Positions 19,513-29,993 of a stretch of DNA of 64,000 nt are shown here, one piece after another. Position numbers and translations under genes: made by a program. The notes beneath the pieces were generated by a model. The model saw only the letters and a program-made list of their open reading frames with translations, did no database searches and was not told the DNA's origin. Where the stretch lies: assembly GCA_965209155.1 (NCBI GenBank), contig OZ242383.1, positions 2,624,001 to 2,688,000 on the forward strand. The letters run 5' to 3'. Position 1 is the stretch's first letter. The number at the start of each line of letters is the position of its first letter. The DNA comes from a bacterium. Lineage in GTDB: Bacteria > SAR324 > NAC60-12.

Positions 19513-20400
19513 CTACGACGTCCCTTCCGTCGTCCATGATGCATCCGATTGGGTTTCACGGCGGTCCGGCCCGCTGAGGGTCTCGAAATGACACATTTCC
19601 TTCAATCTCGAATAGATGCGTTCCCCGACGCGTTTGCGTAGGGTGTCGGCAGTGAATCGTTCTTCATCTCCCCTGTTTTTGGAGAGAAGACGTTCTTTGA
19701 TGGTGGTTTCTTCTTTTTCCGTATGATTGGAAGTTACCATGATGCGATTGTTGCTGTTGTAACGTTCGGTAATGAGGGTATCCAGGATGTTCAATTCCCA
19801 TTCGTTATTGCGGCCCTTGCCCAAATCGTCAATAATCAGGAAATCCGCTTCCAGTAAGGGGGCGATGGTTTCCATTTCGGATTTCCCGGTGGCGTATCCT
19901 TCTTTCAATTCGGAAAGCAACTTGTCGAAGGGACGAAACATGCAGGAAATGCCATGAAGGATCGTACACTGGAAAACAAAACCGGCCATCAGGTGCGTTT
20001 TTCCCGTCCCGGGCGGACCCATCAAGACCAATCCTTTGCGGAGTACGGTGGATTTGGGATTTGCTTTTAATCGAATAATCGTATTCAGCAAACTATAAAT
20101 GTTTTCGTTGTGTTGATCTTTGTCTTTGCGATTGAGCTGACTGAGGGCAAAATTTTTGGGAATGCGAGCCTTGTTGTATAATTGGATATGGCGCAAACGT
20201 CCTTCACATTCCGTACAGGGAACTGCGACTTCCCGCCCCTGAGCGTCTTGTTCCAGCAGAAATCGCGTGTTGTGGCAAGCAGGACATGGTGACGGAAAAC
20301 ATTGACAAAATTCAGCTTGCGCGTAGTTTCCCGAGATGGGATCAATGACGATCCGACTGCCTTGACAGCGCTTACAGGATGGGGGCGTTTTTTTTCCCAT
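19513..20400 (-). CDS. DnaC/IstB-like AAA+ ATPase with N-terminal Cys-rich Zn-binding region
   Basis: Several CxxC/CxC motifs, GPPGTGKTHL, LIIDDLG, RIYSRLKEMC. Confidence 0.85.
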   Translation of the reverse strand: MGKKTPPSCKRCQGSRIVIDPISGNYAQAEFCQCFPSPCPACHNTRFLLEQDAQGREVAVPCTECEGRLRHIQLYNKARIPKNFALSQLNRKDKDQHNENIYSLLNTIIRLKANPKSTVLRKGLVLMGPPGTGKTHLMAGFVFQCTILHGISCMFRPFDKLLSELKEGYATGKSEMETIAPLLEADFLIIDDLGKGRNNEWELNILDTLITERYNSNNRIMVTSNHTEKEETTIKERLLSKNRGDEERFTADTLRKRVGERIYSRLKEMCHFETLSGPDRRETQSDASWTTEGTS

Positions 20401-20441
20401 TTTCGACGATCACGATGAATGAATAGAGCGAGCTTTAGCGG

Positions 20442-21533
20442 ATGAATTCACCTTTCCCGCTTCCAAAACTGAAAAACGACTTGTTACTGCGGGTCATCAA
20501 CCACCTTCCCGTCGACCGGGTTCCGGTCTGGATGATGCGCCAGGCCGGAAGAACCGACCCTCTCTACCAGAAAATTCGCGAAAGTGACGAACGTCCTTTG
20601 GAAACACTCTTTCGGGATGTCTCGCGTGCCGTTGAAATATCACTTTTGCCTCAGAGGCTCGGAGTCGACGCGATAATCATTTTTCAGGATATTCTGACCC
20701 CCTTGATTCCCATGGGAGCCGGATTTTGTTTCCAACCAGGACCCATCCTGGCAAAACCGGTACGAAGCAAATCAGAAATATCCGCCTTACGACCTTTGGA
20801 TCCTCCGCGAGACGTGAGCCACGTCGCTGCGCTCGTTAAGGAAATCGCAAAGCAATCGCGACAGACGCTTCCCATCCTGGGTTTTGCCGGATCTCCCACT
20901 TCGCTGGCTTTCTTCATGATTGCAGGGAAGAGTCCAGGAAAGAACTATAACACGATCTTTCGTTTCATAGAAGAGCAACCGGATCTTTTCCAACAAATGT
21001 TGGACGTGCTCACTGCAATGACTATCGATTATCTCAACTATCAAATCGAATCCGGGGTGCATGCGGTGCAATTGTTTGAGTCCTTTGGTGACGTGATTTC
21101 CCGGAAAATATATGAAGAATTCGTGCAACCCACCCATGAACGAATTTTTTCGGCATTGCATTCCTGCGTTCCCGCCATTCTTTTCGTCAAGGAAAGTAAA
21201 CGACTGGACTTGATGCTGAAAAGCGGGGCGGATGTCTTGAGTGTCGGACAAGCTATCGATTTGAAGGATGCCCTGCAAACAGCGCCGCAAAACATCGTTT
21301 TTCAAGGCAATATAGACAATCGCGTGCTCCTGAATGGAGACCGGGACGCGATCACAAAAGCGGTGCAGACGTGCTTTGAGCAAACCGGGAAGCAACGACT
21401 GATTCTCAACCTGAACCATGGCTTGCTGGCTGACACGCCCTTCGAAAACGTGCAGCATTTCGTCAAGGTTGCTAAAACGCATGGCAGGATCAATAATCCG
21501 GGTCGGAAAACGACGGTACTCAAGCATCGCTGA
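20442..21533 (+). CDS. hemE: Uroporphyrinogen decarboxylase
   Basis: PVWMMRQAGR, DIL, LGFAGSP, NLNHG. Confidence 0.94.
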   Translation: MNSPFPLPKLKNDLLLRVINHLPVDRVPVWMMRQAGRTDPLYQKIRESDERPLETLFRDVSRAVEISLLPQRLGVDAIIIFQDILTPLIPMGAGFCFQPGPILAKPVRSKSEISALRPLDPPRDVSHVAALVKEIAKQSRQTLPILGFAGSPTSLAFFMIAGKSPGKNYNTIFRFIEEQPDLFQQMLDVLTAMTIDYLNYQIESGVHAVQLFESFGDVISRKIYEEFVQPTHERIFSALHSCVPAILFVKESKRLDLMLKSGADVLSVGQAIDLKDALQTAPQNIVFQGNIDNRVLLNGDRDAITKAVQTCFEQTGKQRLILNLNHGLLADTPFENVQHFVKVAKTHGRINNPGRKTTVLKHR

Positions 21534-22380
21534 GCGATGCGATATCTTCAATGATCCCTTCGATTTTTTCGTTGAAATGCTGACGCTGCCGTGGCGTTAA
21601 CAACTTGTCGACGGCAAAGATCATCGCTTTGGTGCGCTTGCGGCCTTCCAGGACGAACTGGCGATATTCCGGAGGATAACCGGCCTCCACGTCCAGGTAC
21701 CATTCGAGCAGGCGTGCTTCGATAGTCGCCGCGCCACTTTCGGAACGCAACAATGCGATAAATTCCCCTTGTCGTTGCAAGCGGAAATGGTAGCGGGCTT
21801 CCAGCGTGTCCGGAACGGACCGGCTCAAATCGGTGATTTGCCTTTTTTGATCGGCAGATAATGGGCCAATCCAATCCTCCATGAATTCAAAGATTTCATT
21901 CGCCCGGTCTTGCAGACGTTCTTCCGGGGATTGTTCCAAACTCGCCTGAAAGGATTTATTCAGTTCTGCCAACTCCGATTCCAGGTTCCGAACCTGACCT
22001 TCCTGCAATTGTGACAGGAAAAAGGCGGAATCCGTGGCTATTTGCCGGACGATATTTTTGCGCAATCGATAGAAATTATCATAAACCCAATCAATTTCGG
22101 AAGCGGTCAAACCATCTCGACTCTTTTGTTGTAATTGTCGCAAAAGCGTGGAGTAGAGTGGAAGTTCGTGCCGTCTGTGCCAGAGCAATTGATTTTGAAT
22201 TTTCTCTTCTAAAAAGGATCTTTGCTGAAAATTGAGATCAAAATAATCATCAATCCGCCAGATCAGCATCCAGTCCGCATACTGGTACATCAATTTCAGG
22301 GAACACGCGCACAGCAGTGACATCGCCAGGAGTAAAGGAAACGTCTTCTTTCCGAACGCTTTCGTCTTCATCTTTACCAT
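21520..22380 (-). CDS. Putative lipoprotein (DUF6279-like)
   Basis: Lipobox LCAC, Y..ADW...W.IDDYFDL, WHRRHELP.Y. Confidence 0.7.
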   Translation of the reverse strand: MVKMKTKAFGKKTFPLLLAMSLLCACSLKLMYQYADWMLIWRIDDYFDLNFQQRSFLEEKIQNQLLWHRRHELPLYSTLLRQLQQKSRDGLTASEIDWVYDNFYRLRKNIVRQIATDSAFFLSQLQEGQVRNLESELAELNKSFQASLEQSPEERLQDRANEIFEFMEDWIGPLSADQKRQITDLSRSVPDTLEARYHFRLQRQGEFIALLRSESGAATIEARLLEWYLDVEAGYPPEYRQFVLEGRKRTKAMIFAVDKLLTPRQRQHFNEKIEGIIEDIASLSDA

Positions 22381-22455
22381 GCTCTTTTGCAGAAATCCTC
22401 AAAACGCAGGTATGCTTATCCTGTTGAACAGAAGGAAAAAAGCGACGGAGGGTTT

Positions 22456-22920
22456 TCAACCGCCTTCAAGTAGCTCAGGCCAGTTTTTATCGCCTTTGAT
22501 GATGTTTCCGGGAACGTCTTGCAGCCATTGATTTTGAACTCCCTTGCTGTAGTTCAGGTACAACTTCCCTTCGTGGATATTCCAGGCTTCCGGATCGATA
22601 CTGGCCGTGTATCCCCGACTGACCGCCCACGCGCAGTAACCTCCATATTGCGGAGCATAGCTTTCGGGAGATTGGACGAACATATCCAGGTTTTCCTGCG
22701 AAGCAAAATACCATTTGGCGTCTTTCCATTCGTATTGGAAATCAGAATCGCCTTCAACCGCTTTACCTTCCTTGAAATAAGCAACCGGATCATACCCTCG
22801 AATGGCCTGTCCGAAAAAATTGGTAAAAATTGGATCCAGTGCCAATACCGGAGTGGTTTGTAAAAAAAAGAATAAAAAGAAACTAATAAAGTTAAAACCG
22901 GATCGCATGAGCTTTTTCAT
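22456..22920 (-). CDS. Exported YHS-domain protein
   Basis: AIRGYDPVAYF, YAPQYGGYCAWAV, GKLYLNY; signal peptide. Confidence 0.88.
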   Translation of the reverse strand: MKKLMRSGFNFISFFLFFFLQTTPVLALDPIFTNFFGQAIRGYDPVAYFKEGKAVEGDSDFQYEWKDAKWYFASQENLDMFVQSPESYAPQYGGYCAWAVSRGYTASIDPEAWNIHEGKLYLNYSKGVQNQWLQDVPGNIIKGDKNWPELLEGG

Positions 22921-22971
22921 TTGGTCCTCCTCCCGATTGACAAGAACGATTGAAAACGATGTTTTATGTGA

Positions 22972-23538
22972 CTAAACATCATTGATGACTTGATACGTGG
23001 TTTGAACAAAGCCATTGGGGAAATTCTTGGTTCCCAGATGGCGCAATGGCAACTCTTTCATTAAGAGACCGAAGAGTGGAATCCCATCTCCCAATAAAAC
23101 CGGAAGTTGGGTGAGAGTGAGTTTGTGGATCAGCCTGGCCTGCAAAAATCGCTGAATGGTAATACCTCCATCGATATAGAGGTGGTTGGCTCCCTCGGCG
23201 GCAAGCTTGGAGACAAGCACTTCCGGGTTAAGGTTTTCCAGTCTGATTTTGTCTTGCAGTGCTTTTGGAATCTCGAGGGTCTGGCTGGAAAGCACGATAA
23301 CAGGCATATCTTCATAAGGCCATGTCTTGAATGTGAGAATTTTTTCGAAACTGTTGCGCCCCATGACCAAAGCGTCTACCGATTCAATGAACGACTTATA
23401 ACCGAAATCATCTTCCTCTGCAGCATATTCCACTTTGCTAAGCCAATCGATTCCGCCGTCCGTCCTGGCGATAAACCCATCGACGCTCGTGGCTACGTAA
23501 ACCGAACATTTGACCTTCATCACTTCCTTGATCTTCAA
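22972..23538 (-). CDS. Dihydrofolate reductase family / RibD C-terminal domain protein
   Basis: YVATSVDGFIA, MGRNSFE, YIDGG, LLGDGIPLF. Confidence 0.9.
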   Translation of the reverse strand: MKIKEVMKVKCSVYVATSVDGFIARTDGGIDWLSKVEYAAEEDDFGYKSFIESVDALVMGRNSFEKILTFKTWPYEDMPVIVLSSQTLEIPKALQDKIRLENLNPEVLVSKLAAEGANHLYIDGGITIQRFLQARLIHKLTLTQLPVLLGDGIPLFGLLMKELPLRHLGTKNFPNGFVQTTYQVINDV

Positions 23539-23643
23539 TTTTCGGAAGGGGCGCTTCCTTGCTTCGCTGCAAAACGAAAAAATCCCGCTCCTCCGTAGGG
23601 ATCAGTATCCAACAGTACATTTCCTTGCCAAAAGATGCCAGCC

Positions 23644-23928
23644 TTAAATCGCCGGTCGATAGCGCAATCGCCATCCACGATAAACCTTCAAATGCCCCGT
23701 TCCCGCAGCATCACCAGATCGGTAACCAGGCTGCTCGGTCAGTTCCAACATTCGTCGGGAAAGCTCGAGGCTGACGTTCAGCAGGTGCGCTCCGGTGCGG
23801 TCCCGTATGTCCCGCAATGCAGTGGTTTTGCCTGCTCCGGCCGGCGCGACGACCAAAAGCAGGCGGTAATAAAACTCAACGGCATGCTTGACCATTCGTA
23901 TGATTTGATCGGCAAGGGGTTCCCGCAT
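23644..23928 (-). pseudogene. brxF: Truncated BREX type 3 P-loop protein BrxF (N-terminal ~65 codons)
   Basis: YYRLLLVVAPAGAGKT...LLNVSLELSRRMLELTE matches recalled BrxF N-termini; similarity is lost after ~23732. Confidence 0.65.
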
Positions 23929-24488
23929 CAGGCTTCTTCCCGGGATTTGGCATCCCCTGCGGGAGTTTTGTCCAACTGCCGGTCGGTAGCCTCTTCCTTC
24001 CCCTCGTTGATGACTGTTTCCAGGGGTTCCCGAAAACTGTTATCGCTGCCGGAAGATGACTCGAGGTCTTTTCCGGGCAAGGAGGCCGTCGCTTTGCTTG
24101 CAGGAATCGGATCAATGAGAGAGGCCACTTCTGAAGAACCGGCTTTCACCGTTTCCGATTCCGCAGAAGAATCACCGTTTTTATCGAAGGCATCCGCCAT
24201 TGCGTCCATTCGGTTCGGAGAAGACCAATCTTGGGGTAGCTGGTTTAAACTGTCTTTGACTTCTTTGAAATCGCTGCCTATCGTGTTTTTGATTTCTTTC
24301 AAATTTGTTTCTTCAACCACCTTATCCATCTCTTCCTGAACGGTTTGCTTGATTTCATTGCTCGTCCGCTTGAATTCCGCCAATCCTCGACCCAGGGTAC
24401 GCAAAAAGTTTGGAAATTTTTGTGGTCCAATGACAACCAAGGCGATCACCATGATGATTATCAATTCCGGCATACCGATGCCAAACAT
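23928..24488 (-). CDS. tatB: Twin-arginine translocase TatA/TatB family subunit (TatB-like, long tail)
   Basis: [26 protein letters not shown]...GRGLAEFKR. Confidence 0.85.
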   Translation of the reverse strand: MFGIGMPELIIIMVIALVVIGPQKFPNFLRTLGRGLAEFKRTSNEIKQTVQEEMDKVVEETNLKEIKNTIGSDFKEVKDSLNQLPQDWSSPNRMDAMADAFDKNGDSSAESETVKAGSSEVASLIDPIPASKATASLPGKDLESSSGSDNSFREPLETVINEGKEEATDRQLDKTPAGDAKSREEA

Positions 24489-24693
24489 AGAATATCCTGT
24501 ACGGGTTTGAGACAAAAGTTGATTCAGGTTTCCAAACTCTATCTTGAATTCAGGTAAAAATAAAGCACCGGTCGAAAGGGGTCCCTCATTTCCTCAGATT
24601 TTTTTCAAAGCTGAAAAGGGTTGTGTTTTTTCAAATTCAATTTTACTACTGAAAATATTTGCGTGTCTCAACCATTCTTCCAGAAAGGCGTCA

Positions 24694-26205
24694 ATGACTG
24701 CCGGTATGAAAATCCCGCTGATTGAAAAGGCGAGCTCGTATGGAGACCAAACCGCGATTGTCGACCAAGAGGGTCATCACAGTTACGAAAAACTATTGAA
24801 ATCTGCTCGCAGGACTGCCTCCGTTTTGCTTGCAGGGGAAGATGACTTGAAGGGAAAGCGAGTCGCTTTCCTGGTTCCGTCCGGTTTTGATTACGTGATG
24901 GTTCAATGGGGAGTCTGGCTGGCAGGGGGAATTGCCGTGCCACTTTGTCCTTCGCATCCCATCCCCGAACTGGAGTACGTTTTGGAAAATTCCCAAGCCG
25001 GGCTCCTTATCGGGTCCGAACAATTTGATGAGAAGCTGCAAGCGCTTGCTCAAAATTTTCTTGTGAAATTGTTATTGATGAATGACCTGAAAGAGGATCG
25101 AAAATCATGTTTACCTCCAGTCGATTCAAATCGCGGAGCAATGATCCTGTATACCAGCGGTACCACCAGTCGTCCCAAAGGAGTGGTGACCACGCATCGG
25201 ATCATTGCGGCGCAAATTGAATGTCTGGTGAAATCCTGGGGATGGCATAAAAACGATTATGTTTTGCATGTCCTTCCCCTGCATCATGTCCATGGAATCA
25301 TCAACGTGCTCTCTTGCGCCCTGTGGATTGGGGCAACTTGTGAGATGCTGCCCAAGTTCGATGCCGTCACTGTCTGGCAAAAATTTCTCAATGGCTCTTG
25401 CACGCTATTTATGGCCGTCCCTACGATATACGTCAAATTGATCGCCCACTGGCGGGAATCGTCAGTCAGTGATCAACAAAAAATGTCTTCAGCGTGTGGT
25501 AAAATGCGATTGATGCTTTCCGGTTCCGCTGCCTTGCCGGTACAAGTTTTTGAAAGCTGGCGTTCCATCAGTGGACATGCCTTACTGGAAAGGTACGGCA
25601 TGACCGAAATCGGCATGGCGCTTTCCAATCCTTTGAAAGGCGAGCGCAGACCGGGCACCGTGGGTTTCCGTTTACCAGGAGTGAAAGTGCGACTGGTTGA
25701 TGAGAAAAACGATGTAATCAATGTGGAAGGGGTACCCGGAGAAATCCAAGTGCAAGGAGAAACAGTTTTCAGGGAATACTGGATGAATCCTGAAGCCACA
25801 CGCCAATCGTTCAAGAATCGATGGTTTTGCACGGGAGACATAGCGGTGATCGAAGAGGGTTATTTTCGCATACTGGGCAGGAATTCGGTCGATATCATCA
25901 AGTCGGGAGGGTATAAAATTTCAGCCCTGGAAATCGAGGAGGGTTTGAGGGAGCATCCGGCAATCAACGAGTGTTCCGTAGTCGGAGTTGCGGATGAGAT
26001 GTGGGGTGAGCGGGTATCCGCCGCCGTGGTATTGCATGCCAACGCCAGCTTGACCCTGGAATCCTTGAGAGCGTGGGGAAAAACTCGCTTGGCGTCTTAC
26101 AAAATTCCAGGCAATTTAGTGATTGTGGAATCCTTACCACTCAATGCGATGGGGAAAGTGATGAAACAGGAAGTAAAACAGTTGTTTGCTTCGCACTCCT
26201 TCTGA
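24694..26205 (+). CDS. Acyl-CoA synthetase (MatB/ACSF3-like)
   Basis: YTSGTTSRPKG, LPLHHVHG, LERYGMTE, TGD, IIKSGGYK. Confidence 0.9.
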   Translation: MTAGMKIPLIEKASSYGDQTAIVDQEGHHSYEKLLKSARRTASVLLAGEDDLKGKRVAFLVPSGFDYVMVQWGVWLAGGIAVPLCPSHPIPELEYVLENSQAGLLIGSEQFDEKLQALAQNFLVKLLLMNDLKEDRKSCLPPVDSNRGAMILYTSGTTSRPKGVVTTHRIIAAQIECLVKSWGWHKNDYVLHVLPLHHVHGIINVLSCALWIGATCEMLPKFDAVTVWQKFLNGSCTLFMAVPTIYVKLIAHWRESSVSDQQKMSSACGKMRLMLSGSAALPVQVFESWRSISGHALLERYGMTEIGMALSNPLKGERRPGTVGFRLPGVKVRLVDEKNDVINVEGVPGEIQVQGETVFREYWMNPEATRQSFKNRWFCTGDIAVIEEGYFRILGRNSVDIIKSGGYKISALEIEEGLREHPAINECSVVGVADEMWGERVSAAVVLHANASLTLESLRAWGKTRLASYKIPGNLVIVESLPLNAMGKVMKQEVKQLFASHSF

Positions 26206-26217
26206 ACAGGCTTGCGG

Positions 26218-26856
26218 CTATCCCTCATTTGTTTTTTCGGGAAATTCACATTCCTGCGCAATCGGACATTGGGGACAGTCCGGTTTTCTCGCTTTGCAAA
26301 CATAACGACCGTGCAAAATCAAATAGTGATGCGCATCCGGTTTCCATTTCCGTGGAACGACTGCCATCAACTGTTTTTCCACCTGCTCCGGTCTGTTTGT
26401 GGATGCTAAACCAATGCGGTTGGAGACCCTGAGGACGTGCGTGTCCACTGCAATGACGGGTTCACCAAATACGGTATTGAGGATGATATTGGCCGTTTTT
26501 CTTCCCACCCCGGGCAATCCCTCCAGTTCCTCGCGTTTGCGGGGGATCGAACCGTTGTACTGTTCTGTGAGGATACGACTGGTTTTGACGATATTCGCTG
26601 CTTTCGTCTTTGCCAATCCAATGGTCTGGATAGTGGTCAGAACCGCAGATTCCCCCGCATTTGCCAATTCACCAGGAGTGGGGAACTGCTCAAACAAGGC
26701 AGGAGTGACAGAATTGACCGACTTGTCGGTCGCCTGCGCACTGAGGATGACGGAAATTAAAAGCTCGAAGTGATTGCGATGCAACAATTCCGTGACGGGT
26801 TCGGGGATGGCTTTTTGCAATTTCTGAAAGAGACGATGGATTTTTCTATGATTCAT
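26218..26856 (-). CDS. nth: Endonuclease III
   Basis: LSAQATD, LPGVGRKTAN, VDTH, C-x6-C-x2-C-x5-C Fe-S motif. Confidence 0.96.
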   Translation of the reverse strand: MNHRKIHRLFQKLQKAIPEPVTELLHRNHFELLISVILSAQATDKSVNSVTPALFEQFPTPGELANAGESAVLTTIQTIGLAKTKAANIVKTSRILTEQYNGSIPRKREELEGLPGVGRKTANIILNTVFGEPVIAVDTHVLRVSNRIGLASTNRPEQVEKQLMAVVPRKWKPDAHHYLILHGRYVCKARKPDCPQCPIAQECEFPEKTNEG

Positions 26857-28258
26857 CGGGTGCTTCCAGGAAGGTGTGATGGATCAATTGCAATGCCTCG
26901 AGGGCATCCTCCTGCTTGACGACACAGGATATGTTGATCTCCGACGCACCTTGCGTGATCATCTCGATATTGATGTTGTTTCGTGCCAATGCTGAAAACA
27001 TCCTCCCCGCCACTCCCGGGACATGCTTCATGTTTTCACCGACCAGACTGAGAATAGCGCGTTGCGGAATGATCGACACCTTGCCCAATTTGGAGAGATC
27101 TTCCTGCATCTCCGACAATCCGTTCTGGCGGTCCACCGTGCAAGAAATATTGACCTCCGAAGTGGATACCAAATCAATCACGATGCGATGTTTCTTGAAG
27201 ATTTCAAACACTTTTGCCATGAATCCGGGGGAATTCAGCATACGGTTGGAATAAATGTTGACGACGGTGACGTCACTCTTTGTCGTCACGGCAACCGCTG
27301 TCCGTTCAGGGCGAAGTTCTTCATGAAAAGAGTCAGCATCGTCCTTCTGAGGGATAATGACAGTTCCCGGTTTTTCCGGGGCAAAGGTATTTTTGATGCG
27401 GATGGGAACGGCACCGGCCATGGCGCACTCCATGGTAAAGGGATGCAGCACTTCCGAACCGAAATAAGTCAGTTCCGCAGCCTCATTGGGATAGATATGG
27501 TCCAACACTTTTGCTGCCGGTACTTTGTTGGGATCTGCGGTGAAAACACCATCCACTTCCTTCCAGATCTGCAGTTCTCGAGCACGAAAACGAGTGGCGA
27601 TCAATGCTGCGGTGAAATCGCTATAGCCCCGGCCTACACCGGCAATGATGCCTTCCGTGACAAATCCGAAAAAACCGGTAACCACCGGAATTTTACCTGG
27701 CTCCAGAGGTAAATTTCGCGTGATGAGTTTTTGCAATTTCAATGTGAAATGCGGGTCCATTCCTTCCAGCCCGGCAGGTGCTATTTCCGACAGATTCACA
27801 TATACGCTCTCGATTCCTCTTTCTTCCAGGATGCCGGTGAGGACTCGAGCCGACAAACGCTCTCCGGTACCAACAATCAGGTCTTGGGATCGTGGCGAGA
27901 TTTCCCGAATCACGCGTATTGCTTCCAGAAACGATTTCAAATGTTGCAATTCCTCGTGGATATCGGCTTCCACTTTATTCCGCAATGCAACGGAATGGAT
28001 GGTTTCTTCCAAAACATCGAAATGCGTATTTTCTATGAGCTCGATGATTGTGGAATAGTCTTTTCCTGCAATGGAATATTCCCCTGCTTGAAGTAACCGG
28101 CTCGTAATCCCTTCCGATTTTTTGTAACTGCTCATCGCGGAAACAACGACGATGACCGGGTGATGCCGGACAGTTTCCCGGATGATATTCGCAACCTGTT
28201 GCAGACGTTCGGCCCGCCCCAAACTGGTTCCACCAAATTTTTGAACGATCAATGACAT
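26846..28258 (-). CDS. lysC: Aspartate kinase with ACT domains
   Basis: QKFGGTS, VVSAM, GRGYSD, VDGVFTADP, QGASEINIS. Confidence 0.94.
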   Translation of the reverse strand: MSLIVQKFGGTSLGRAERLQQVANIIRETVRHHPVIVVVSAMSSYKKSEGITSRLLQAGEYSIAGKDYSTIIELIENTHFDVLEETIHSVALRNKVEADIHEELQHLKSFLEAIRVIREISPRSQDLIVGTGERLSARVLTGILEERGIESVYVNLSEIAPAGLEGMDPHFTLKLQKLITRNLPLEPGKIPVVTGFFGFVTEGIIAGVGRGYSDFTAALIATRFRARELQIWKEVDGVFTADPNKVPAAKVLDHIYPNEAAELTYFGSEVLHPFTMECAMAGAVPIRIKNTFAPEKPGTVIIPQKDDADSFHEELRPERTAVAVTTKSDVTVVNIYSNRMLNSPGFMAKVFEIFKKHRIVIDLVSTSEVNISCTVDRQNGLSEMQEDLSKLGKVSIIPQRAILSLVGENMKHVPGVAGRMFSALARNNINIEMITQGASEINISCVVKQEDALEALQLIHHTFLEAPDES

Positions 28259-28368
28259 GAATGGCGCTGAAGTAGAATTGTGGGAAATTAAATTGACTCC
28301 CTAGTGAGAAAAGATTAAATCTGAATTTTTTATCATTTCTTCATGGTTTTGAAAAGCATTTATCCAAC

Positions 28369-28998
28369 ATGCAGCAAGAGAAGGAATGGATGAGGAGCGA
28401 CCTTGCGATGATCGCGCTCACTGGAGGGATTGCATCTGGGAAAAGCACAGTCGCTCACTATTTGAGAGCAAAAGGCTTTCACGTGATCGATGCCGACAAG
28501 TTGGGGCACCGGGTTCTCCAGCGCGGACAACCTTCATACCATCAAATCGTTGAAACCTTTGGAAAAGGGATTTTGAATAAGGACGCATCCATCAACCGGC
28601 GGATATTGGGAAACATGGTGTTTAACAATCCGGACCAGTTGAATCAACTGAACCAGATCTCCCATCCGCTGATCAGAAATATGATTTTAGAGCAAATGAA
28701 AGAATTTGCTTCGCATTCAAGGGCAGGTTTGATATTTTTAGAAGCAGCCATTTTACTGGAAAGCAGTTTGATTCCAAAGATGCGGGAAGTGTGGGTTGTC
28801 GAAACAGATCCGGACTTGGCCATTGCTCGTTTAGGCCTGCGGAATCAATTCACTCCGGAAGAAGCAAAAGCGCGTCTCAATGCTCAAATCGACAACGAAG
28901 CCCGCCGTAAGCGGGCAGACGTTTTGATCGAAAACAATGGTTCCTTGTCTGACTTGTATCAGCAAGTGGACATAATTCTCGGGAAAATGAAACTATAG
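28369..28998 (+). CDS. coaE: Dephospho-CoA kinase
   Basis: LTGGIASGKST, IDAD, HPLI, ADVLIENNG. Confidence 0.94.
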   Translation: MQQEKEWMRSDLAMIALTGGIASGKSTVAHYLRAKGFHVIDADKLGHRVLQRGQPSYHQIVETFGKGILNKDASINRRILGNMVFNNPDQLNQLNQISHPLIRNMILEQMKEFASHSRAGLIFLEAAILLESSLIPKMREVWVVETDPDLAIARLGLRNQFTPEEAKARLNAQIDNEARRKRADVLIENNGSLSDLYQQVDIILGKMKL

Positions 28999-29007
28999 GA
29001 TCGTGGA

Positions 29008-29979
29008 ATGCCTGTCACCACTCTCGTAGTCGATGATTTTGCAATAAATGGTCGGGTGGGTTGGTTTTGGAAAAAAATCGCTCCTCACTTCATGGCCGAG
29101 GTGGCGCCTGCCCGTCTTTTGCAGACTCATTCGGAAAATTCGGTCTCGAGTCTGATTGAAGACGCGGTGCAGGGAGGGGCAAAAAAAATTGTTCTGATTG
29201 GAGACGAGCGCAGTCTCTTTCTCGGAATCAATACTTTGATGCGAGTCTCAGAAGAAATTCGCAAAAAAATTGCGGTTGGTTTTTGGCCTCTTCATGACTG
29301 GGATATGCTGGTCTACTCTACGAATATCGGCAACCGTCTGGAAAGAGCGGCCCGGATTTTTAAAGCGGGTCATACTTGTCCCGTAGATTTGGGAAAAGTG
29401 GAATTGATCCGCGATGACCAAATGCCGCACATTTTATATTTCTGGGGGCAGTGCGAATTTTCATACGTAGAAGACAAGGGAGACCTGCTTGCCCCTCCAC
29501 TCTTTTTTACAAAACTCATCCCTTTCCACATCCCGGTGCATGGACATTTACAGACAGAGTATCACAGTTTTCATAGTGATGGCGGTCTGAATGTCCGCAT
29601 CAGCGTACATAACAGCACACCTCACTCCATGCAAATCACTCCGGAGGACTTGAAACAAAGTCGAAAATTACAACTGCATTGGCAGCAAGGGATTTCCTGT
29701 CGGGGACGCTGGCTTCGCTTTCCGTGGCGTACCATGGGAATCAAACAACGGGGGTTGGCTCAGACTGCAAGGAAAAAATGTTTTTCTGTCAAGTTTCAAG
29801 CAACAAACGGTCCCTTGTCACTGAGATTGGATGAACAGCAACATCGTTGTAGCAGCGCTACTTTTGAAATTGCTCAGAACGCCCTACCCGTCATCACCAG
29901 AATAGTGCCTTCCGTATTACCAGAAACTGCTAAAAGCGTACACTCCCCGGTAAAACTCGGTGGAGCAATGACACACTGA
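29008..29979 (+). CDS. Divergent diacylglycerol-kinase-like protein
   Basis: DAGK-like layout (GAKKIVLIGD, CPVDLGKV, C-terminal LDE..ALPVI) but the canonical GGDGT motif is absent. Confidence 0.5.
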   Translation: MPVTTLVVDDFAINGRVGWFWKKIAPHFMAEVAPARLLQTHSENSVSSLIEDAVQGGAKKIVLIGDERSLFLGINTLMRVSEEIRKKIAVGFWPLHDWDMLVYSTNIGNRLERAARIFKAGHTCPVDLGKVELIRDDQMPHILYFWGQCEFSYVEDKGDLLAPPLFFTKLIPFHIPVHGHLQTEYHSFHSDGGLNVRISVHNSTPHSMQITPEDLKQSRKLQLHWQQGISCRGRWLRFPWRTMGIKQRGLAQTARKKCFSVKFQATNGPLSLRLDEQQHRCSSATFEIAQNALPVITRIVPSVLPETAKSVHSPVKLGGAMTH

Positions 29980-29993
29980 AGAATTTATAAATA

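Noticed and set aside
19513..20400. IS21 element suggested by an IstB-like ATPase
   Set aside because: No istA or terminal repeats; sits among housekeeping genes, so more likely a DnaC-like chromosomal gene
20787..21551. Long antisense ORFs (also 23635-24339, 27023-27712, 55157-55891)
   Set aside because: Shadows of well-supported genes on the opposite strand with no recognisable motifs
22456..22920. Second selenoprotein (YHS family)
   Set aside because: The GGYC position is a normal Cys codon and there is no in-frame TGA
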